64,000 nt of DNA from Octopus bimaculoides (taxonomy: Eukaryota). Under the pieces are notes generated by a model. The model saw only the letters and a program-made list of their open reading frames with translations, did not search any database and was not told where the DNA came from. Made by a program: the position numbers and the translations under genes. Of the stretch, positions 25,004 to 37,787 are shown piece by piece (positions within the stretch are counted from its first letter, which is position 1; each line of letters starts with the position of its first letter). The stretch lies in contig NC_068986.1 in the NCBI RefSeq assembly GCF_001194135.2, positions 74,505,720 to 74,569,719 of the forward strand, written 5' to 3'.

Positions 25004-25712
25004 AATATTGAAACTATAGACCACCTAATCTAAGGGTGTAGAGTCTTAGCACCGGTAAAATATAAAGCAAGACATGACAGAGTTGGCCAGTATTTACACA
25101 GGACAATATGTCGGCATTATAAAATCAAAACCGCTGACAAATAGTATAAACACCATTCTGAAGCTGTGACTGAGGGAGAAAATGTATCGATTCTCTGGGA
25201 CTTCCCCGTACATACCGACAAAACTATAAAGGCTAATAAACCGGATGTTATTATAAAAGATCAGACAAAAAAGGTGTGTTTATTAGTTGACATGAGTATT
25301 GATTGCGATCATAATATAGCGGCGAAAGAATTTGACAAGATTAGTAAATATAAAGACTTTCTAATAGAAATAGGAAAACATGTGGCACCTCAGGGCGATT
25401 ACCGTACCAGTGATTGTAGGATCTCTAGGAATGATTAAAAAAGGTACTGAAACCTATTTGAAAATGATACCAGGCTTACCATCCCTACAGGAAGTGCAAA
25501 AAATCGTGTAAACTGGAACGACTCATGTACTGAGAAGAGCATTATCGCTGTGAAAACAACATCCATTCATGAATTTATTTATTTATTATTTTTTCTAAAT
25601 ACATATTTTACCTGTGAATTTGCATGTGTAAAGTGGGAATGCATACAATGAGTTTCTCTGCTCTAGGTGTACGGAAAACACTCGGCGAGAAATGGAAGAA
25701 AATCTGAAGAAA
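25004..25712 (+). mobile_element. 5'-truncated R4/Dong-like RLE retrotransposon flanked by (TAA)n
   Basis: ETIDHLI*GC..LA...YKARHDRV (CCHC remnant), ILWDFPVHTDKTIKANKPDVIIKD...VDMSI, VPVIVGSLG; (AAT)n at 24968-25003 and from ~25713. Confidence 0.88.
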
Positions 25713-26091
25713 GAAAAAAACAACATAATAATAATAATGAGAATGATAACAATGATGGTAATAATAATAATAANNNNNNNNNNNNNNNNNNNNNNNNNNN
25801 NNNNNNNNNNNNNNNNNNNNNNNNNNNNNNNNNNNNNNNNNNNNNNNNNNNNNNNNNNNNNNNNNNNNNNNNNNNNNNNNNNNNNNNNNNNNNNNNNNNN
25901 NNNNNNNNNNNNNNNNNNNNNNNNNNNNNNNNNNNNNNNNNNNNNNNNNNNNNNNNNNNNNNNNNNNNNNNNNNNNNNNNNNNNNNNNNNNNNNNNNNNN
26001 NNNNNNNNNNNNNNNNNNNNNNNNNNNNNNNNNNNNNNNNNNNNNNNNNNNNNNNNNNNNNNNNNNNNNNNNNNNNNNNNNNNNNNNNNNN

Positions 26092-26348
26092 GGTTGTTTA
26101 TGGAAGACCAGCAGTCGCCTATGCATACCAGCCTCCCCTCTCCACGCCACCGATGTTATCCAAGGGAAAGGCAACGGCCGATACAACTTGGCTCCAGTGA
26201 CGTCGCAACTGATTTCTACAGCTGAGTGAACTGGAGCAACGTGAAATAAAGTGTCTTGCACAAGAACACAACACGCAGCCCGGTCCGGGATTCGAACTCA
26301 CAACCTCACGATCGTAAGTTCGACGCTCTATCCACTGAGCCATGCGCC
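26092..26348 (-). mobile_element. SINE family D (CORE-like), well preserved
   Basis: Minus strand ggcgcatggctcagtggatagagcgtcgaac...gagttcgaatcccggacc (A/B boxes), then gtgttcttgtgcaagacactttatttcacgttgctccagttcactcagctgtag. Confidence 0.88.
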
Positions 26349-26353
26349 TTCAC

Positions 26354-26399
<46 letters not shown>

Positions 26400-26570
26400 C
26401 CTTTCTACTATAGGCATAAGGCCTGAAATTTGGGAGAGGGAGATAGTTGATAAGTATTCAACTGGTACTTATTTTATCGGCCTCGAAAGGATCAGCGGCA
26501 AAGCCAACCTCGACGGAATTTAAACTCACAATGCAAGGGTAAACGGAATGCCGTTTAGCAATTTGCTAAT
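26400..26570 (-). mobile_element. SINE family A, partial, with (AAT)n tail
   Basis: tttctactataggcataaggcctgaaattt...actggtacttattttatcggcctcgaaagg. Confidence 0.75.
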
Positions 26571-26896
26571 TATTTTGATATTATTGTAATAATAATAGTA
26601 ATAATAATATAAAAATAATTAGCAAATCTACACTTGACTGAATAATACCATTAGTTAAAGGGCATCACCCTTTTAAGGTAGAAGTCTTAGAATCATTTAA
26701 ACAGATTCCATATAACAGAAGGCTAAATTCCTACGATTTGACTTAAGAGATTAATATTCTTCTCTGCATCAGTTAAAGTAGAGCTATAAATATCTCATCC
26801 TTCCACTCTCTTTCATTTTACTTCTACTTTCTCTCATTCATATTTTGTTAGTCGTCTGACAGCCCCTCTCACACACACGTACACAAACACACACAT

Positions 26897-26945
<49 letters not shown>

Positions 26946-26989
26946 TTAAAGAATAAAAAGACTGGGTTAACGACTCAATATATCACACA

Positions 26990-29600
26990 CCCTCAATGAA
27001 CATATATAAGAAATACAGCATAATCCGTCAAACATAAGGAATAAGAAGAAATAACGCAAAAAGAAATAATAAATAAATAAAAATATAGCATATAGTATAA
27101 AATTTTTATACACGAATATATTGTTTCAACCGATAACATGGAACTGAAGAAAATCGAGTTGAAGGTATAATACAATACACGTGAATATCATTTCATAGAA
27201 GTTAAAAAAGTTAAAATTAATACGAATAAAAATTAATACGGAAGGAGTAAAAATTTCAAATATATAACATAATATAAGTCGATATAGTAAAATAAAATGA
27301 AATAAAGAAATGAGGTACCATAAAGTAGACTATCGGTTGAAAAAACAAGGACAGAAGTGATTTAACACCACTTAGAATTAAAGTTCAAAGTTCTTCAACT
27401 CCCTCGGGCACATTTTACACCTCAAAACCAGTAGACACCAAAAGGCAAGTTCGCACCAATCCGGCACACACAAGAGCAAACAACAGGCACCCAGCAGGTA
27501 TCAACAGGCAAAAGTTCAATTCCGCTCACCATGTCCAAAAAGGTTCACCACACATGAGTCAAAAACAATTACAGCACCCCGCAGGTATCCATCAGTAAAA
27601 ACAATTTCACGAATTTCATACAATACCTATGGCCATTTCGGAGGTACACCACTGTATTTCAAAACACAATAGAATGTAAACTGGTGAAATCTTTATTATG
27701 GGCACGAAGGCCTCATTACAAAGAGCGGGGACATTACAAGGACAGACAATACAATACAAAACGTGGGGTACATAAAGCGAATGATGAAATGAAATGAGTA
27801 ACTCACAATATGATGATGGAATGGCGTACGAGTCCCCCAAAGTTCGCAGTTTCATTTAACAGTTTTCTTATACAGTTCTTATTCAGTTTTTCTTTTCTTT
27901 TATGGTTCATTTATGATTATATGTGGCCTCAACTCCTCCGTTGTTACGACGCTTGGCAAAGTGTTGTAGCCCACATACAATCCACTTCGTTGGAAATTAA
28001 ATCTGTTCGTTTCTCGCAGCTTCATCGCTATCCATTCCTCCACCACTATTGCTTTTGTTTCTTCTTCAAACGTTCCGGGTCCTAATTTCAGCCTTACCAA
28101 TCCTTTTATTTTGGCTATCGTTTTTTCCGCTTCTAAATCCTTACTGTAGAAAAGTATTGTTCTAATATTTTAAAAATCTGCCTTTCCGATTATCTTTCCT
28201 TCCGACTTCGCCTTTTCCTTCTGTTCCATCATCGCATTCCACCGTCTTGAAATAAACCTTCACTGTTCCGTATTTCCTTCCTCTCATAAATAGTACCACT
28301 TAGCTCCGTAATTTCTTTCAAACAATTCTCAATCACTTCTGTCTCCGCAATTTCGATTTTCTTGGAGCCAATATTCAACGTTTTATATGTAATAATTTTT
28401 CTCTCGGCTTCCTCCNNNNNNNNNNNNNNNNNNNNNNNNNNNNNNNNNNNNNNNNNNNNNNNNNNNNNNNNNNNNNNNNNNNNNNNNNNNNNNNNNNNNN
28501 NNNNNNNNNNNNNNNNNNNNNNNNNNNNNNNNNNNNNNNNNNNNNNNNNNNNNNNNNNNNNNNNNNNNNNNNNNNNNNNNNNNNNNNNNNNNNNNNNNNN
28601 NNNNNNNNNNNNNNNNNNNNNNNNNNNNNNNNNNNNNNNNNNNNNNNNNNNNNNNNNNNNNNNNNNNNNNNNNNNNNNNNNNNNNNNNNNNNNNNNNNNN
28701 NNNNNNNNNNNNNNNNNNNNNNNNNNNNNNNNNNNNNNNNNNNNNNNNNNNNNNNNNNNNNNNNNNNNNNNNNNNNNNNNNNNNNNNNNNNNNNNNNNNN
28801 NNNNNNNNNNNNNNNNATAAAACGGTAACAACACAATAAAAACAATTCTTCAACAATTTCCTACAACGTATTTCTACTCACGCGCTCCTTCAAAACATGA
28901 CAACACGACTCGCTGATGGGGATAGCAGTCTAGAGAGTAAACTGGTGATGATCCCCTCGTCAGGGTAAACTCACGTACAGAGTCACGACATGCACAAGGG
29001 AAAAGAAAAAGATCTCTTTATTACCCACTAGGGTCTAAACATAGAAGGGGACAAACACAATCGGGGAACTAAAATTATAAAATGGAGGTAAAAAGAAAGA
29101 AATAGAATAAAAGAAAAGAATGAATTATGAAAAAGATGATATAATGAGGCGGAATGCCCACTCGACGTCGGGGGTCGAGTGGTTACATTGATACCGTTTT
29201 GTCGTTCAATGCCTTAAATCTAGCAGTTCAATTCCATAGTCCTCTCTCAGCTTAGTATAATTAGTCCTTTTCGGCAACTTGTCTCTATCGCCGATGATTT
29301 TCCACCAATCGATGCCTTTATCATTCTTTTTTACTATTTCCCATTGTTCTTTGTTTACCAAATAACACATCGTAGTCTCACCATCATCATCCACGAATTC
29401 TACTTCCACCATGTCCTTCCACTCGTTCACCCGTTTTACCATGTCAACTCACGCGTTCTCATACAGAACGCAAGCAAAACAAACAGGGGGAGGGGAAATC
29501 TTATTTTCATCGTGTATGTTTGTATTTTTATTCAGTTTTCTTGTTGGAGGGGATTGGGTAGGTTTAGTGTCTGTATGGGGAGGGTGATGTGAAAAGGGAG
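26990..29600 (-). mobile_element. Head-to-tail run of short RT-less ORF-bearing retroelement-like units (LINE ORF1-like)
   Basis: K/E-rich degraded ORFs on minus (29442-29206; 28415-27900), each followed by a pyrimidine-rich UTR ending ...ccc...aataaag (~29015-29060 and ~27700-27760). Confidence 0.45.
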
Positions 29601-30340
29601 CGGATGGGCCCTGGGTGGGTTGGGGTTCACAATTACTTACTTTCTTCCTTTTTCTTTTTTTCCTCCTTACGGCTGTTTCCCATTCCTTATCTTCTGCAGT
29701 TTCNNNNNNNNNNNNNNNNNNNNNNNNNNNNNNNNNNNNNNNNNNNNNNNNNNNNNNNNNNNNNNNNNNNNNNNNNNNNNNNNNNNNNNNNNNNNNNNNN
29801 NNNNNNNNNNNNNNNNNNNNNNNNNNNNNNNNNNNNNNNNNNNNNNNNNNNNNNNNNNNNNNNNNNNNNNNNNNNNNNNNNNNNNNNNNNNNNNNNNNNN
29901 NNNNNNNNNNNNNNNNNNNNNNNNNNNNNNNNNNNNNNNNNNNNNNNNNNNNNNNNNNNNNNNNNNNNNNNNNNNNNNNNNNNNNNNNNNNNNNNNNNNN
30001 NNNNNNNNNNNNNNNNNNNNNNNNNNNNNNNNNNNNNNNNNNNNNNNNNNNNNNNNNNNNNNNNNNNNNNNNNNNNNNNNNNNNNNNNNNNNNNNNNNNN
30101 NNNNNNNNNNNNNNNNNNNNNNNNNNNNNNNNNNNNNNNNNNNNNNNNNNNNNNNNNNNNNNNNNNNNNNNNNNNNNNNNNNNNNNNNNNNNNNNNNNNN
30201 NNNNNNNNNNNNNNNNNNNNNNNNNNNNNNNNNNNNNNNNNNNNNNNNNNNNNNNNNNNNNNNNNNNNNNNNNNNNNNNNNNNNNNNNNNNNNNNNNNNN
30301 NNNNNNNNNNNNNNNNNNNNNNNNNNNNNNNNNNNNNNNN

Positions 30341-30374
<34 letters not shown>

Positions 30375-31187
30375 GTGTTATACGAATATTTAATGTCTAA
30401 TATAATGATATGTATATAATTATACAATTAAATATCCAAATAATTATATAATTATGTGTGTATGTGTATGTTTAAATATATAGTTTTATAACGATTCCAT
30501 TCCAGCAATTAGCTTGGAATCTTACTTTAACTTGTCAACTTACCATTTGCTTGAACCAGAACCTGGATCTGACATCGATTCTTAATGTTTGAATACTTTC
30601 AACTAATTACACGTTTACTGGATGACTGATCAGAGTACAATCAATTAAATAACCAATTAATGAACTGCATACTGTCTTTCACTGACACCCTCCTACAAGC
30701 TTGTTCTCTCTCTCTCTCTCTCTCTCCCTCTCTCTCTCTCCTCTTTCTCTTTCTCTCTCATTTCATGTCTACGTAAATAAATTAATATCGGCACTGTGGT
30801 GCTAAATTGGATGTGGCCAATAGAACATTCGTGAGAATTTGTCTGAGAGTGACACCTGTGTGCATTATAATCAGGCTGTCGATAGACACATGGTGCTGAC
30901 AGAATCAACCTTTCTGTGATCCTGAGTGCAATCAGGAAAACGTCAGATGCAAACAATGTTTGTATTTCGGCAAGATTTCTCTGGAAGGCACTCTACCATT
31001 TTTGTCACGTTAACTCTAACATTCGTGTCTTTCATCCCTGCAGCTGGGTTTGAATTTAGAATTGCGAGACACCAAACGATGACATTTGGAATCCTGTTTC
31101 AATTTCTGGTAGCTTTCACCAATTTTATCATGCAGTCTGTGATATTGCATTTCCGATTCGTCTCTGATTCTGATTCCACTCTCGATT

Positions 31188-31248
<61 letters not shown>

Positions 31249-31439
31249 TATAGGTAATGTTTCAGTCCTGATGGGTTTCTAGCAGACCTTCTCACCAAGT
31301 AATCCTAGTGGGGGTTCCGGTTTAGTCGCGACGACTCAACCATTTAATAAGTTGTACTGGAATCCATGTTACCAGTAGTACTCATGAGAGACCTCACAAG
31401 TAACCTAAAACGCATGCGTACATACATACATGCATATAT

Positions 31440-31507
31440 ACATACATACATGGATGGATGGATGGATGGATGGATCGATTGACAGACAGACAGACAGACA
31501 GACAGAC

Positions 31508-31553
<46 letters not shown>

Positions 31554-31555
31554 GA
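31440..31555. repeat. Compound tetranucleotide microsatellite (CATA)(GGAT)(GACA)(GATA)
   Basis: Four motifs in series, read directly. Confidence 0.9.
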
Positions 31556-31589
31556 TACTTGCGGTATTAATGGTCATATATGGTAATTT

Positions 31590-32620
31590 AGTAAAACGAT
31601 TCCAAGCTTGCAAAATAAAAATGTATTTCAATAAAAATTTGTGCCTATATTCCCGATAAGTTTTCTTATACGATTATTCTGTGAATCTGCCTTCAGCTTC
31701 GACGATTGCTTCAATGCAGGATGGGAATTATTGACGTGTCTGTACCAAATGACTCTTCATCATTTCCGAGATTATCTGGATAATGGCTACTTTCAGTGAA
31801 GCTATGGTATTGCGAGGATGCCGATTGGTCTCCCCTTCAACAATGCTCCAAACGTAATAGTCCATGAGATTTAAATCTAGTGAATTTCAGGGCCACGAGT
31901 TTGGTGCTACATGATCGTAAAAATTGTCTGGCATCTAATCATGGGTGCATGGGATGATGCTGAGGTATGCTGAAACATGTATGGTATTCCATTGTACTTC
32001 ATTCACTCAGGGCTTAACAACTGTCTCCAGAAACTCAATGTATCCAACAGCATTAATCCTATGACACTTCTAAAATCTTCCCAGTGGCTGGAAATTTAGT
32101 GTGTATTACTTTAAAAACACCATAATAATCTGGACGCAACCATCTGTCATTTCTCCTGTTAGACGTTTAGTTTTTAGTGAATTTTGTTTTAATCAGAAGA
32201 ACAAAAGCATGCCATGTTCATGAGAGTTTTTAACCTTATTAAGTAACCACTTGGCCCGAATCAAATGGCTTTCCTGTGTCTTTGCAGACATGAATTTGTT
32301 CCTCCTCAGTACATATGAATTGAATCGAATGTTCTCGTACACCACAGTTTTGATACCACTCTGACGCCAGAAATTCTTTGGCGATGGCTCTGATTGTTTT
32401 TCCAGGCACATCATCGATAATATTTCGAAGTCATTGGATGAATTGCAGTGTCTTTTCAGTGTTCGAACGTTTGAAATGTTTTTTTTCTTCTCCCTTTGAA
32501 ACAGTTGAAACATTCCCGCCATTTCCATCCAAACTTTATATACAGAAGGATGTTACGACATTTAGAAAGTTGGCAATTTCTAAATCTCATTGTATCGCAA
32601 CATTGTTTGTGTTAGCGTTT
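31590..32620 (-). mobile_element. maT/DD37D-like transposase remnant
   Basis: LRRNKFMSAKTQESHLIRAKWLLNKVK...GMLLFF and SWP*NSLDLNLMDYYVWSIVEGETNRHPRNTIASLKVAI...IEAIVEAEGRF. Confidence 0.82.
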
Positions 32621-32634
32621 TATTTGCTATGGGG

Positions 32635-32680
<46 letters not shown>

Positions 32681-33479
32681 NNNNNNNNNNNNNNNNNNNN
32701 NNNNNNNNNNNNNNNNNNNNNNNNNNNNNNNNNNNNNNNNNNNNNNNNNNNNNNNNNNNNNNNNNNNNNNNNNNNNNNNNNNNNNNNNNNNNNNNNNNNN
32801 NNNNNNNNNNNNNNNNNNNNNNNNNNNNNNNNNNNNNNNNNNNNNNNNNNNNNNNNNNNNNNNNNNNNNNNNNNNNNNNNNNNNNNNNNNNNNNNNNNNN
32901 NNNNNNNNNNNNNNNNNNNNNNNNNNNNNNNNNNNNNNNNNNNNNNNNNNNNNNNNNNNNNNNNNNNNNNNNNNNNNNNNNNNNNNNNNNNNNNNNNNNN
33001 NNNNNNNNNNNNNNNNNNNNNNNNNNNNNNNNNNNNNNNNNNNNNNNNNNNNNNNNNNNNNNNNNNNNNNNNNNNNNNNNNNNNNNNNNNNNNNNNNNNN
33101 NNNNNNNNNNNNNNNNNNNNNNNNNNNNNNNNNNNNNNNNNNNNNNNNNNNNNNNNNNNNNNNNNNNNNNNNNNNNNNNNNNNNNNNNNNNNNNNNNNNN
33201 NNNNNNNNNNNNNNNNNNNNNNNNNNNNNNNNNNNNNNNNNNNNNNNNNNNNNNNNNNNNNNNNNNNNNNNNNNNNNNNNNNNNNNNNNNNNNNNNNNNN
33301 NNNNNNNNNNNNNNNNNNNNNNNNNNNNNNNNNNNNNNNNNNNNNNNNNNNNNNNNNNNNNNNNNNNNNNNNNNNNNNNNNNNNNNNNNNNNNNNNNNNN
33401 NNNNNNNNNNNNNNNNNNNNNNNNNNNNNNNNNNNNNNNNNNNNGTGTATATAGGGATGAGGATTGAATACAACTCATG

Positions 33480-35360
33480 GACGAATCATTTTAGAGTTTT
33501 TGCAAGCAACTTGCATTTGCAAGTGTTACCAGTTGAAAGCTACGCATACCAGATGCTAGCAACCTTATAGGGTCATCAGAAGGGAATGCGCACCGTTTCG
33601 TCGCCTTCTTTTCGACGGCATCCTTGCGCACCCTCCCCTTCCCCACCTCACTGAAAAGAGGCTCTGCTTGATAGATAAGCTGGTTACTGGGTTTCACTCA
33701 ATATTCTCCTAGCCATTACTCATCGTTTTTTTTTAAACCAAATCCAGTGGTTTGCCTTTTTCCACTGTAGTCTGGATATCACTCATGACAATATTTGCTT
33801 TACGATATGTTAGGCTTGGCGATAGCAGTCGTTTCACCCTATGTCCAACGAATTCTCTTCATCCAACGTCGACTGGAAAATGCTTCGAAGGAAGTTTTTT
33901 AACGGTCGATCTTTCGAGCCAAGAGCGGCGTCCATGTTATTTTCACGAGGAACCATTAACTCCACTAGATTTATTACTTTCTTTCTTTCTGAACGAGGAA
34001 GAATCTTTGGCACCCTGGTAAATCTGCAGCCACCTTCCATTAGCCGTTCCACTTTTCATCGTGCACAGGAAATTTCTTCTTCAAACGGACCTGCTGTCCT
34101 GAACACACTAAGGTAATGAAATCTCTAGTTGGTTTCTTCAGTTGGATTTTGCCACTGCTGATGAGAGTAATCTAGTTCTTTGTAGCATTGAAGAGGACCG
34201 TAAGAACCAGCTTGTGTCTCCATGTATATCAGTTCAATGCCAATGAACAATTGGAAAGAATGTTTCAGCGTTCCAACTTTTCCACATCTTTTATCATTCT
34301 CTGATACGTTCCTTCTTATTGGGTTTGTAGACCATGGCAAGGCATCGTTGGACGACACATCTACGTATTCCTTTCATTGTGTTATCTGTCCTTGTGAGAG
34401 TATTGAATCAAATGAAACTCTCTTCTCTCTGTTTCCTTTGCTTTGAAGCTGTTGCCAAGAACAAATCTGTTTTCGTTCCGCATCATACTTGAAAACGGTC
34501 AGAACCGATCTGCGTCAAATCCAAGCCCCTTCCGATCAATTTGCGTGACGCCCACCATATCTCAGTGTGTAAGTGAAGACAAGACGTCATCAGTCTCTGC
34601 TTCTGCTTTCCACTTCCTGGCAGATTTTACATAGTGAATTTCGTCTGATTTCTATATTCTTCGACACCCTCGGCTGTACATTAGCTCTTGTCCTTCGTTA
34701 AAGCCTGAATAGGTGCACAGTGTACCACACGTCAGGTGACGAGGTGATCGCAGAGCAACGTGATATGAAGCGTTTGACTCGAGAACAAAATGCACCGCCC
34801 ATTGCAGTTTTGCTTAATGATTTGAACCCGTGACTGTGCCGCCACGTTTATCAAAAGTGGTCACGAAAAGTGAGGATATAAACCGAACTGTAAGCACCAT
34901 ATTTTAAATTTCCCTGACAATGTTCTAGCGTATACATGCTTAACAAGTTTTTCTTTGACTGTTGGAATGCTCGCTCCTGCTATTTGAAATTTTACTTCTT
35001 TTGCACTTTCCTAAAAAATGCCAGACTACGCGAGTTTTTGCTCTGAATTGCATCCTTGACCACTTTATCAGCTCGTCTAGCCTCAAGAGAGCACTCTGCA
35101 TGATTTGCATATCTATTGACAGAAGTGTCACGTCATCCATGAAGGCCTTCATAGGTGATTGTATATGGGCCATTTGTTTCGAAAAGTCTGTCGCTTTCAA
35201 AACCATCTCCATGACTAGGATAAACCACGTGACAGATATTGTGCAGTCAGTAGCAATGCCAATCTTCAGGCGGGGCCAATCTGTTGTAAAGTTACCATCT
35301 ATAAGCCTCATCTTGGAACTGATATTGTATATCCTCTTTGGCAGCTAATATGGAAGAATT
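33480..35360 (-). mobile_element. HERO-like RLE non-LTR retrotransposon remnant (RT to 3' UTR), interrupted at ~34660-34925
   Basis: RT: FTTDWPRLKIGIATDCTISVTWFILVME...KAFMDDVT; linker RKWKAEAE...DMVGVTQIDRKGLG; RLE KKVINLVELMVPRENNM; end KANHWIWFKK. Confidence 0.82.
34673..34801 (-). mobile_element. SINE family D core fragment inside the HERO-like element
   Basis: 127/129 identical to 36002-36130. Confidence 0.8.
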
Positions 35361-35721
35361 GCTGGAAATGAGACCAGTGGGCGAAGAAGTTTATATTTTG
35401 ATTGTGTCGACCACACATACACGCGTGCGCAGAGGCATGGCTGTTATGTCTGAGCATTGCTGATCTACAAAGTAAATAACAACAGCATTAACAGAAGGTT
35501 CTACGTGCCAATTATGGTTTCACAACGTGATTGCTCATCCTGCTAAAAATAGCAGCTACATATCTCTTTACTCATATTTTATCGATGTAATTAAGGATAG
35601 GACATATTAAATAACAGTCCTACACGGCACTAAAACGAACATTAGGTGCGTTCAGTCAGTGCTGACCTAGGGTTAAGCAACAACAATAGCGATTGGTTCT
35701 AATTTAACCTGAAACATCCCT

Positions 35722-35915
35722 TCGTTATCACGCCGGGCAAAATGCTTAGCAGTATTTCGTTCGTCTTTACGTTCTGAGTTCAAATTCCGCCGATGTCCAC
35801 TTTGCCTTTTATCATTTTGGAGTCGATAAGATAAATACTAGTTGAGCAATGGAGTCGATATAATCGACTAGTCCCGTCCCCTGAAATGACTGACCTTGTG
35901 CCAAAATTTGAAATC
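35722..35915 (+). mobile_element. SINE family A
   Basis: cacgccgggcaaaatgcttagcagtatttcg...gttctgagttcaaattccgccga...gtcgatataatcgac. Confidence 0.88.
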
Positions 35916-36001
35916 AATTAATCACAGTTTCTTGGAGTTCGAGAAAAACGGTGCTGCAATTTCTTGCTGAACAACCTGCACAAATCACCTGAAATGCATA
36001 T

Positions 36002-36190
36002 GCTGTACATTAGCTCTTGTCCTTCGTTAAAGCATGAATAGGTGCACAGTGTACCACACGTCAGGTGACGAGGTGATCGCAGAGCAACGTGAGATGAAGC
36101 GTTTGACTCGAGAACAAAATGCACCGCCCAGTTTTGGAATCGACCTCGCGCTCCCGTGACCGTGATTGCAACACTCTAACCACTAAGACA
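36002..36190 (-). mobile_element. SINE family D with tRNA-like head
   Basis: Minus strand cttagtggttagagtgttgcaatcacgg...gtcgattcc head, then ttctcgagtcaaacgcttcatctcacgttgctctgcgatcacc core. Confidence 0.8.
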
Positions 36191-36617
36191 AGTGTCCTCA
36201 TTCAGAGACTTCTAATCTGTAGAGGAAGGAAACAAAATACTGTTAGAGAGTTAGAGGTAAATTGTTCCAATTGTATACACCATTCCATTGTCTGAAATGC
36301 ATAAAGAGAATGATGAGGGATACCACTCGTATTTAAACTGGTAAATTCTTGATTCAAAAGAATGCAAGAATGAAAAGGAGAAGAAATATAGAAGAATTAT
36401 AGAAGTAGAAATGAAGCAGAAACTGTATATTGCATGAAATTTAACAGGTGGATTTATTGATCAATCGAATGATTTTTTTTTTCACTTATTAGTGGGAAAC
36501 ACAAGCAGACTAATTTCAGTTTGGAAACAACGTAGGTTTTAAATCTCTCACAAACAGCTACTGAAACAGAAAGTATATTGGTAGATTAATAATAACGAAG
36601 TGTTTTGGTTGGCTATA

Positions 36618-37756
36618 GGCGCAAGTGTGGCAGTGTGATAAGAAGTTTAATTTCCAACCACATGGTTTCATGCTATGTTCCACTGTATGAGACCATGAAA
36701 ATCATCAGCATACTTATCGTCATCGTCGCTGTTGTCGTCATCGTCGTCATCGTCGTCATCATCATCATCGTCTTAACGTCCACTTTTCCATTCTTGCATG
36801 GGTCGGACAGAGTTTAGTGAAGCGGTACACGCAGTACTTAGTGAAGCGGTGTCATCTTATATTCCTCGGGCCGACCAAAGCTTTGTGAGAGGATTCGGCA
36901 GACAGAAACTGAAAGAAACTCATCATATATATATATATATATATATANNNNNNNNNNNNNNNNNNNNNNNNNNNNNNNNNNNNNNNNNNNNNNNNNNNNN
37001 NNNNNNNNNNNNNNNNNNNNNNNNNNNNNNNNNNNNNNNNNNNNNNNNNNNNNNNNNNNNNNNNNNNNNNNNNNNNNNNNNNNNNNNNNNNNNNNNNNNN
37101 NNNNNNNNNNNNNNNNNNNNNNNNNNNNNNNNNNNNNNNNNNNNNNNNNNNNNNNNNNNNNNNNNNNNNNNNNNNNNNNNNNNNNNNNNNNNNNNNNNNN
37201 NNNNNNNNNNNNNNNNNNNNNNNNNNNNNNNNNNNNNNNNNNNNNNNNNNNNNNNNNNNNNNNNNNNNNNNNNNNNNNNNNNNNNNNNNNNNNNNNNNNN
37301 NNNNNNNNNNNNNNNNNNNNNNNNNNNNNNNNNNNNNNNNNNNNNNNNNNNNNNNNNNNNNNNNNNNNNNNNNNNNNNNNNNNNNNNNNNNNNNNNNNNN
37401 NNNNNNNNNNNNNNNNNNNNNNNNNNNNNNNNNNNNNNNNNNNNNNNNTACATACACTCACACATACACACATGTATGTAAGTACATATGTTAGTCTCGT
37501 ATGTTTGTGTCTCCTTGTCTTGACATCGTCTGATAGTTGGTAAATGAGTGTCACCGTCATATAGACAATATCATTCATTTTTAATATTTTACGAAAACGT
37601 CTGGCCATGGGGTAATATTAACTTGCATCAAGACAGAGATCAGAGTTGGCGATAGGAAGGGTATCCGGCTATTGAAAATCCGCTTCACTAAACTCTGTCC
37701 GACCCATGTAAGGATGGAAAAGTGGACGTTAAGACGATGATGACGACGACAACGAT

Positions 37757-37787
<31 letters not shown>

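Noticed and set aside
28930-28975. CTGACGA-ggggat...atcccc hairpin on minus
   Set aside because: No GAAA follows the stem; an ordinary hairpin at best.
33560-33620. GAAAC...CTGATGA in the HERO 3' UTR (minus)
   Set aside because: Stem II closing pair is C-C and there is no GUH triplet; not a hammerhead.
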